Origin: Spirogloea muscicola
Lineage: Eukaryota
DNA length: 52,865 nt
Direction of reading: 5' to 3'
NCBI GenBank assembly: GCA_009602725.1
Contig: WELB01000002.1
Location: 1,890,776-1,943,640 of the forward strand
The notes beneath the pieces were generated by a model. That model was not told the origin of the DNA. It worked only from the letters and a program-made list of their open reading frames with translations, and did no database searches. Within the stretch, counting starts at the first letter, position 1, and every line of letters begins with the position of its first letter. Position numbers and translations under genes: made by a program. Of this stretch, positions 44,389 to 52,865 are shown one piece after another.

Positions 44389-45173
44389 GCGCCCACGGGG
44401 GCGAGCGGTTCGCTTCCCACGACCTCCTGCGCGATGGTATGCAGGGGGTGTTTTCGGAGGCTGGCTTCAAGGTCGCGGTGGAGAACTCCTCCATCATGCC
44501 CATCCAGCTGGGCGCGGACGGCCAGCCCCATACGCGACGCGCCGACCTGGTCGCCATCCCGCCCGGCGGCGGTCCCCGCATCATCGCTGATGTGGTGACA
44601 ACTGACTGCATCGACTCCGCCAATCCCACCAGATCGGCGTCGTTTGCAGGGCACGCGGTCGGCCAGGCGGCCCGGGGCACGGAGCGAAAATACGCTGATC
44701 ACCCGGTGGGGGATGAATTCGCGGCCCTGGCGATGGACGTACACAGGGCTTTCGGCAGCCGCTGGCTGGATCTCATTCAGCGGCTTGCCCGCCAGGCCAT
44801 TGACCGGCGTCTGGGTCTGCCAGGGGCGATGCCCGGCTTCAACGCCGCCGGTTCGCTCGCACAAGTCTTCCGCATGCGCCTGGCCGTATCGCTTCAACGC
44901 TACCTTGCCCACGCCGTCCACACGCGAGCAGGCCGTGCTATGGCCGCCGCCTCTGGGTCTCGACGAGTGCCTCTTTCCCTGCAGCGAGCTACTCAGACCT
45001 GATGTTGCTCACTCGTGGGTACTGAGCTTCCCTTTGCATCGTTTCTGTGTTCTGCAGTGTTTTGTAGTGTAGTCCTTTTTCCGGCTCCTCATTTTTTGGC
45101 TTTGGACATTGTCCATTCGTTTTTGGGCTGGCTTTGCCAGCCCCTCTTCTCTATGGGCGCGCACTTTTCTTTT
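44389..45173 (+). mobile_element. 5'-truncated CRE-like retrocopy, subfamily B (B), head-to-head with B'
   Basis: ORF 44439-45002 encodes the endonuclease region. It is followed by LMLLTRGY*, the hairpin motif and a ttttcttttc tail. It is a close reverse complement of 43470-44066 plus 42690-42880. Confidence 0.9.
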
Positions 45174-45199
45174 CATCGCCAGCGCCCGCCTGCGGCCTC

Positions 45200-45348
45200 T
45201 CGCCTGAAGCCAGTTTCTTTGACCTGAGGCTGCTTAGCACGGGTTACTGAGTGCTTCGTACCCCTGGCCCCTTCTCGTCCTTTGTTCGTTCTGTCTTGGG
45301 CTGGCATTTTCCAGCCCCTATCCTCAATGGGCGAGCCCTTCCTCCTCT
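45200..45348 (+). mobile_element. Short CRE-like 3' remnant (third tail variant)
   Basis: gacctgaggctgctt..ggttactgag..tgggctggcattttccagcccctatcctcaatgggcgagccc. The same tail variant occurs at 30550, 42133 and 42465. Confidence 0.75.
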
Positions 45349-46140
45349 CGCTCCAACGCCCCGTTCGCCAACCACCACCAGCTGCCTCGCCCCCCGCCGG
45401 ACAGAACCCCCACGCGAGGGCGTCGCTGCCCCGACCACCGCCGCACTCAGCACGCGCCGGCCGCTGGCTGGGGCGCGGCACGGCCACCGGAGGGGACGAG
45501 GACCAATCACCAAGCTTGCTGTGTGCCACCATCATGCACAAGGGCCACAGCACAAGGCAAGTGTGCACTATGACAACAAGGGGGCCTGTAGCACATCTCA
45601 CAGAGGAGAAGAGGGACCACCGCCTGCATGCACAAGCAGGACATGCACAACTACGCCCATGCACGTCATCTACCTCTACTGGTTACCGTCGCCAGGACAC
45701 TGCTAGGGGAACGACCCACTCAAGGCGCATGCGCCTCCGTGGTCTCCACCTCCTTGGGTGCTCGGGACTTGAGGGTGCGGCTGTCTGTACTGGCAACAGC
45801 GAGCGGATGGAGATGGCAGCTTCCCTGTGCTCAGCCACGTTGACCATCCTCACTGTGGTGAACAGGGTGTTAACCTGTCTCCCGTCAGACTTGCTGGCAA
45901 ATTGAGAGGCTGCCCCTGGCAGGGCTCCTGTACCAGAGTGGCTGCCGCCTGACCAAGCAGGGCCTGCGCCACTGCACCTGCCCTGCTGCCTCCCTGTGAC
46001 CAACCACCAGCCCTCGTGCTCACACACACCACCGACAACTGCATTGACCTCCACTGCCCGAGACGCATGATCCTGTGGACGCGCCGTTGCATCACACCGC
46101 CGGCCCAAGCCAGCCAGGTCTTCATCCTCTCCACACAGTC

Positions 46141-49100
46141 CTACGACGAGGAGCGCCGGGCAAAGCCGAACATGCCGCCCCCACGCTCACGCTCACTGCC
46201 ACCACTGCCAGACGAGGGGGCTGGTGGAGGAGGGGGAGGTAGCCTGCCTGGTCGCCGCCCGGAAGCGGCGGCCAAATCGTCGTCGCTCACAGACCCGTTG
46301 GCAGTGGTATATTGCCCATTCACTGGTTGAGGAGGAGTGCCCGGAGCCCTCAGTATGGAGACTGGAGAGCCCTCTCTTCCGTCACCGTCATTGCCGGCTT
46401 CAGAAAAGGCTGTCCGCCAGTCCTCAGTCTCAGCCAGTCTTCCGCTTCCAGATCCGTCGCCTGCCCAAAACGACACCCGAGATGAGAGCCGATGAGCAAC
46501 TGGAGAGAGAGGCAACCCTAGTATGCTACCAAGGAAATTATCACCAGGTCACGGTGACCGAGTGTGGACCTGATCCTGCCAGGACTTGAGCAGAGGCCCG
46601 AGCTTCATGGAACGACAGTGACTTGCGCAGCTTGGCAAGCGCGCTCGACTGAGCCTTGACACGCTCGCGGCGGCCCTTTGCAACGGGGTCTTCCTGCATC
46701 AGCTCCTCAATCTTCTCATTTGGTCGCCCGCTGCCACATACCGACAACGACACAGACGGTCAGCATTTGGAATAGGGCCACAAAGGCCTAGTAAGCAATG
46801 CAAGCCTGATGCAAGCTACTGTTTCAGGACGAACCATGCCGCTGTACCTGATGGAGCTATATAGCTTGTTCAGCATGGTCTCCTTGACCTTCTCCACTTG
46901 ACAGAGCACAATTGCCTGGACAGCAACAATCACCTTCAGAAAAGTGCAGCACAATAAAAATCTTACGGTTACACCAAGAATTCCAGTCCACAAACGATAT
47001 CAAGGGGCCCTCTGAATGCAACAAAGTCTACCTTTGGTATGTTGTTGGCTAGGTTGTGTAGTACGGAATCCACATACTCCCGAACTTCCTCAGTCATCAC
47101 CTTGAGATCTTCATCAGGATCCAGATTCTGCTTCCGAAGCTGGTGCATTGACAGTCCATGAGCACCTATGAGGAGGCCTGTAGGAACGACTGAGATACAA
47201 ACGACGGCGCTCTTTGCTAGTCGGCACAGCTGATGCGAACGACTGCATAGTGTTGCAAGTACATGAAGAAATATGCCATGCCGTGAAACAAGGTTGCCAA
47301 GATAGGACTTTACAGTGGTGAATGACTCAGCAGAATCCACACGCTTGAATGTCGCCCCTGAGAGTGGGGGCTGCGTGGTGGAAGGCCTTGCAGACGAAGC
47401 CGCAGAAGTGTCAGGAGACTCTGCCCGGCTGCCTGTTGGTGTTGGGACCTTGTTGCCCCGGGTGCAAGCCCTGATCCGTGTCACCCATTCAGTCTTCTCC
47501 GCTGCGTTGTCTGCTCTCAAGATCAGCGCATACTGACCTGATCCAGCAATTCAGTGAAAGGGTGACCATCAGAGGTGGAGATCAGAGCTCTCATGCCAGC
47601 TAGTACATGCTGGCAGTGCTTGCTCTTGAATCACACTTGGCAAAAGACGAGTGACAGAGTCCATGGTTCTTACCCTTCACGACAACCTTGTACGGAGTCT
47701 TGTTGCTAATTTTAAATGACAACTGGGAAGCTAGTAGTTTCCCAGCATCTTTAACGTCTCCAGTGGGTGGCAATTCCTCAGGTGGCACCACCTCCTCTAC
47801 TATACACTCCTGCTCTCATTGTACACTAAGAAGAGTATTCAAACTTGAGCTGTAGCTTCATGAAGTACTTTGCAGGGCATCAAGTATGCACATACATGCA
47901 CCTGTAAGCAACACCGCAACACAATGAAATTGCTAGAGAATTGACTAGTTGTCCAGCCATGGACCGCTCTTAGACAGTACCATATTGACTCAAGAAGAGT
48001 CTGGGCATATCATGAAAACATTACCTCCAGGGACACTATTCCTCTTGGTTGCGTCTCTGCAGGCTTCTTGACATAATACAACTGCAACATGCACAGAATT
48101 TGTGTAACTTAGAGGAGGCGACGACCTACAAAGGTCAGCATCCAAAGGAGTCTTCTATGCAGGCTTGTTGAGAGAGTACGATCCCAACTGCAGGCAAGCT
48201 GGCTTGACAACCCAGTAAGTGCAACGACCTACGAAGTCCTGCGGAGCCGCATGACCACATGACCATGTCTGGGTAGGTCCAGCAGTTGACAAACAAGAAG
48301 CAGAGTATGGCTGTCCTTACTCTGGCTGTCTTGTCACTGAGGGCAAACCATCGCTTGCTCCAATCGTTTTTGTCACTCTTCTTCCACAGGAAACCTTAGA
48401 GACAGCAGGTTTAGCAATGGCAATCCAGTATCAGGAGAAAGTATCAGGAAGACTTTCACATGCTCAGTTAACAAGATTATGTGTGGCAGTCCTCATCTTA
48501 GTGATAGCTGCACCATGCCCTCATACATGAAAATGGCTACTGTATGCTCATCCATATATCAAACACTTTGCAGCCTATTACCCGGGCTCAGTAGGAGAGC
48601 AGATCAGCCTATAGGCTTTTGCAAGCACCAGGCAAACTGTGAAAGTTCCACAATATCATCACACCCCAAGAGGCTGCAAGGCCGGCCAAGCCTTGAGAGC
48701 AGGCAATCTGGTGATTAACCAGCACACAGTTGCTGCAAGTGACAGGATGAAATGTGTGCAAGCTGCTTACCTGCTAGCTCTTTCATTGGCGCTGCCGGCG
48801 CACTCTCTTTTGTGGCTTCCTTGTCCGTTGGAGGATTGGGCGACTTCTGACCCTTCAGGAGATTCATAGGTATCAGTGACTTCTTGTTTCCATCGTCCTG
48901 CAAAGCAACACAAGTAGGACATGAATGACCCACAAAAGGGTCAGTTGCCCAGGGCTCAGGTCAAAACTCCACTTGGAAGAGCTCCTGTTTAGCCCAATTT
49001 AGGGGTTGAGGATTTAGGATTTAGGGTTTGCAAGCGACCATAGACTGCGACCCACTTAGAACCTGAAGAAGGAACTGCCCTGTGAGGTGCATCTGCTAAA

Positions 49101-52100
49101 AACATATGCGTCGATGAACATTCATGCGGGAGTTCGTGTTCAGATTATTCTAGAGCGCTCTACGTATCTAAGTTCCGCCTATATTGCACACACAAACACA
49201 AACTCTAGCAGTGGAGACTGACTAGGACCTGACCTTGTTTACAAGCGCCTGCTCGGCATCAACTGCACTTTTGGCCGAGCGCGCCTTCTCGTCTTCCCGT
49301 TTCCTGAAGAGTGCTTCTTCTTTACTCAACTTCTCTGATCTGCACATGTCATGCAATGACTCAACCTGCTATGATCCCTCCCTTGATCGTGGTCGAATCT
49401 GGCACTCCTGCTTATTTGACAGCTAAGCTAGTTGTAGTGATGACATATCGCTGTGTATTGTGTCTATTTGGATCTCAATTCCGTTGATACCAACCTCCGC
49501 TGGGAAAGCTTGATGAAGTAGCCAGGAGGAACGAAGGCCTTTTCCATGTCAACCAAAGCAGCTACCATGTCTTTGGCCCGGTTCCTGTAGTCCTCCAAGG
49601 CCGTGGATGCAATCGCAACAATCTGGGCAGCAGGTACTGTCAACTGGGGCTCCCTCTCCAAGCTTTTCCTTCTACGTGCTTTTTGTCTTCTTCCATCATT
49701 AGAAAGAACTGAGGCTACAAGTGACAGCTGCATGTAACGCAAGTGTCTGCGCCAGGTTGGTCGCAGACGGTGTTAGCAAACAGTTTGCAGCTGTTCACCT
49801 CACGCTTGAGGGGTGGATATCTTGTCAAGGAGATGACTTGATTCCCGGCGGCGGCCACTACGTCAAGGAGAACCCTGTGAACCTGAATGATACACGTACA
49901 GACAAGAGAAAACAAATAGCATCATACAGTAGGTTCAAACCTAAGACCAGCACGAAGACCAGCCATGTAGGAGCCCACGAGGGGCCAGAGAAGGCAGCAC
50001 AGAAGTTCTTTGCTTCAGGAGCCTCACAGGCCCACATGCCATGGCCGAGCAAGAGTTTGATAACATCCGGTGGAAGACCACAACACAGCTTGCACTCCAG
50101 AAAGACAAAGACCTCCTCTGTGATGACGAAGGTCTGTGTTACTTTAGAGTTCAGCCCCCTTGACCTACCTCCTCCACACATTGTAGGCCTGGCTGCTTAG
50201 CCATGTCAAGGGCTCTCTTGATCAAGAGCCGCAAGCCCTTTTCAGGAGACAACAGATATGGCTGGTAGCCGTCTGCCTCTAGGCATACCTGCAGATTTAC
50301 AGAAGCTTATCAGTCATGTGAATGCTCTTGATGATGTATCCATTGCACATGGAACATGGAAGAAGTGACTTACCTGCTTGACGCTGTCGAGCTTGAAAAG
50401 GTTGTTAAGCGGGAGGCCTTTGAATCTACCAGGTAGAGCAGTCTCAAATCGCTCCACTATTCTTGCCCCTCCTTTCTGTCACGCATGCAAGTCATCAGCC
50501 TAGCTCCCCTCGGTTTTACAAGTCACCAAGGCAGTCCAACTATAGGAGGGGATGCAAAGTACATGCAAGCATTGCTCGCGGTGTTTCCCACAGTTGGGCT
50601 CAATGATTGCTGCAACGCACTTTGGACCACCATAATCGGGCTAAACAATTGCTGCGACACAGTTGGGAGGGTGCACACCTCCCCAGTAAGGATGATGTCC
50701 ATGAACTTGTCTTCAAAATTACGACACAGCTCCAAGGCCAAAGCACGCGTCCCCTCCAATGATACTGAGAGGGCATCTCCCATCTTGAAGAGCTCAGTCT
50801 CTACCTCTTGGACCTTGCCCTCCAGCCTGGAAATTGAGCAGGGCGAATAGCATTATCATGGCACTATGGCAAGTGGCGGTTGCAGTGCTCGGCTGATGGA
50901 AGATGGCCGAGGAATGCGTGATGCAAACATCACTTTATCACATCCTTGCGCTACCAGACTTACCCAACCATGAGGGCTGGAATGCGGTCTTTCATGCGCA
51001 AGCGGAGCTGCTTTCCCAGCACCTTCACGAGACCATTGCGACCCAGGACGGAGTCGAGATTCTTCCCTCCCGCAGTCGCAAGCACTTTGGGAAGCACAGT
51101 CATCTCCAGCTTCCAACCATCCTCCAACGATTCGCTGGTCAGCTCATTGCCCGAAGCTCCACCTTGTGGCAGACCAATGACAGCTACCCATGGGAAACCT
51201 TGAGTCAACGGTGTTCCCCTTCTAAGTAGTAGGTCCACAGTGGACTTCAGAGCATCTGCGTCTTTTGCCGACTGATCTACCTTCGTGATCACGCCAACTG
51301 TGCGCTTGCCTGCTCAAAAAGAGAGAAAGAATGCAGATGGTAAGCACGATGCCAGACTGCTTGCAAGCGTTCCCTATATTTGCAACGCTTTTGAGATACA
51401 CAAGGAGGTTGATGGTACAACGATCCAGGTACTTCAAGGATGCTGGGCCACACCGCTCATCCAAGTAAGGAGCACAAACGACAACAGCGACCAAAGAGTG
51501 AGCAAGCCAAGAGGTACCTTCAGGATCAATCTCCCTTGCCAGCTGGACCACGTGCAAGCGAGCAGCTTCACGTGCAGAGGAGGCAGGGAGCACCACCAAG
51601 AGGACGGCGTCACCATTCGAGGTGTAATCACGTACCTGTGCAGGCACACCAACAATTTTCAGGTTGGCACAGTACCCTTCAGGCAGAGCCGGGTGACTGG
51701 ATGATCATCGCTGAGTCTTCCAAAGGAGCACAAAAGGGACTTGGTCTCACCACATTGTCCATGTCTGATCCCCGCTGCTCCACACCAGGGAGGTCCACCA
51801 CCCTCAGGGGGGGCGCTGCGGAACAATGAGCACAAAGGAAGCATGTGAGTGCTCCTGGCAGACGTGCATGCTGGATGGACACCCTGCATCGTGAGAGCAC
51901 AGGACATGCATCACACTGCAAGCTTGACGGAGGTGCAGTGTCTTGTGCCCTCCAGGTTATACCGGACGCAGAACGGATGGTGAGGCGGGCATCCTCGCGG
52001 CCCCTGCTCTGGGTCGGAAGCCACCTCTTCATCCCAGATTGCACAGCCCGTCGTATTTCAGCTGTTTCACAAGTACAAGGTAAATCAACACTTCTGTCGG

Positions 52101-52682
52101 CTGGTATTGTATCAAGGTAGGAGGAGACACAATCGATTGCCCAATGGAGCTTGAGCTGCCACACGAGCTCACCAGACGTGCTGAGCTGCGTCTTGTCGTC
52201 GATTGTGCCCAGCACATTGCCAGGGCGAATGTTTGCGTCACGCTCCAGGTCGGCCAACAAGGGGTATCGCGTGGCGCCTCCATCAGCGGTAGGCTGTCCA
52301 GTGAATACGAGCCAGGCATGTGAGTGTGCACGTGCTCTGCGAGCAACTTCTGAAGCATCCCGACTAGATGGATTGCGGCACCAGCAGGTGGTGAGTCTAA
52401 GCCACTCTTCATCCTGCGCCACGCCTTGATTCTCGTCGTATTCTAAGATAGCGGTGGTAGAAGACAACCCTAGCACTTGACCATCGACTGCCGGGGTGGG
52501 GCACGCCATGCCCTGCTGCGCCCCTGATCCGGGACAAGCAAGGCACCGACAGCACCGACTGGCATCTCTTCCGGCAGAAGCGATGCCCAGCCGCGCGGTG
52601 TACCAAAGAGGAGGGCGGAGGCTCTCACCAGCACAGGGTGCCCGATGAGGCTGTTGAGCACAGCTGACTTGCCAGCGCCCTG
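46141..52682 (-). CDS. DRP2: Dynamin-related protein 2 (GTPase, middle, PH, GED and Pro-rich domains); first exon outside the window
   Basis: [78 protein letters not shown] domain [60 protein letters not shown]-terminal [11 protein letters not shown]. Stop at 46141. Confidence 0.95.
48998..49030 (+). repeat. Degenerate telomere-like tract in a DRP2 intron
   Basis: tttaggggttgaggatttaggatttagggtttg. Confidence 0.7.
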
Positions 52683-52865
52683 ACAGGCATTGGCAGCGCG
52701 CAGACGAGCTTGAGGAGAGATCCATGGACACGGGAGGCCGGCGGCGTACTCAGCAAAGGCTGGGCGGGCGAGCGGCCCCGCTGGGGACACCGCATCCGTG
52801 GTGGCTGGCAAGGGGGGCTGGGGGGGGGGACGCCAAGCGCAGACGGGTGCGGGGGGGGGGGGGGG

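Noticed and set aside
43323..44921. 532-aa minus-strand ORF as one gene
   Set aside because: It is a chimera: the antisense of copy B, then the real B' coding part, then frameshifted sequence running into nested A3.

Overview
This is GC-rich, intron-dense eukaryotic nuclear DNA. The gene set (12-exon EXO70A type, MEI1-type TOPBP1, TIO/Fused, DRP2, HPT) and TTTAGGG-like tracts point to a streptophyte, plausibly a streptophyte green alga (inference). Genes in order: 3' end of a fucosyltransferase-like gene (+), unknown coiled-coil gene (-), EXO70 (+), TOPBP1/MEI1-like (-, 5' cut at an N), last exon of a mitochondrial acyl carrier protein (+), plastid chorismate mutase (-), Fused/TIO kinase (+, 5' missing), homogentisate phytyltransferase (+), mitochondrial-type TypA/BipA (-) and DRP2 dynamin (-, runs off the window). 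The main non-genic signal is a family of CRE-like non-LTR retrotransposons with a restriction-like endonuclease. About 25-30 short 3' remnants share a 'LLTRGY*' ORF end, a conserved GGGCTGG..CAGCC hairpin and pyrimidine microsatellite tails, and they cluster just upstream of genes. A 4.6-kb nest at 40.7-45.35 kb holds 5'-truncated copies with readable target-site duplications and a head-to-head inverted pair. Exon coordinates were derived by eye from splice signals and remembered homology; no database searches were run.
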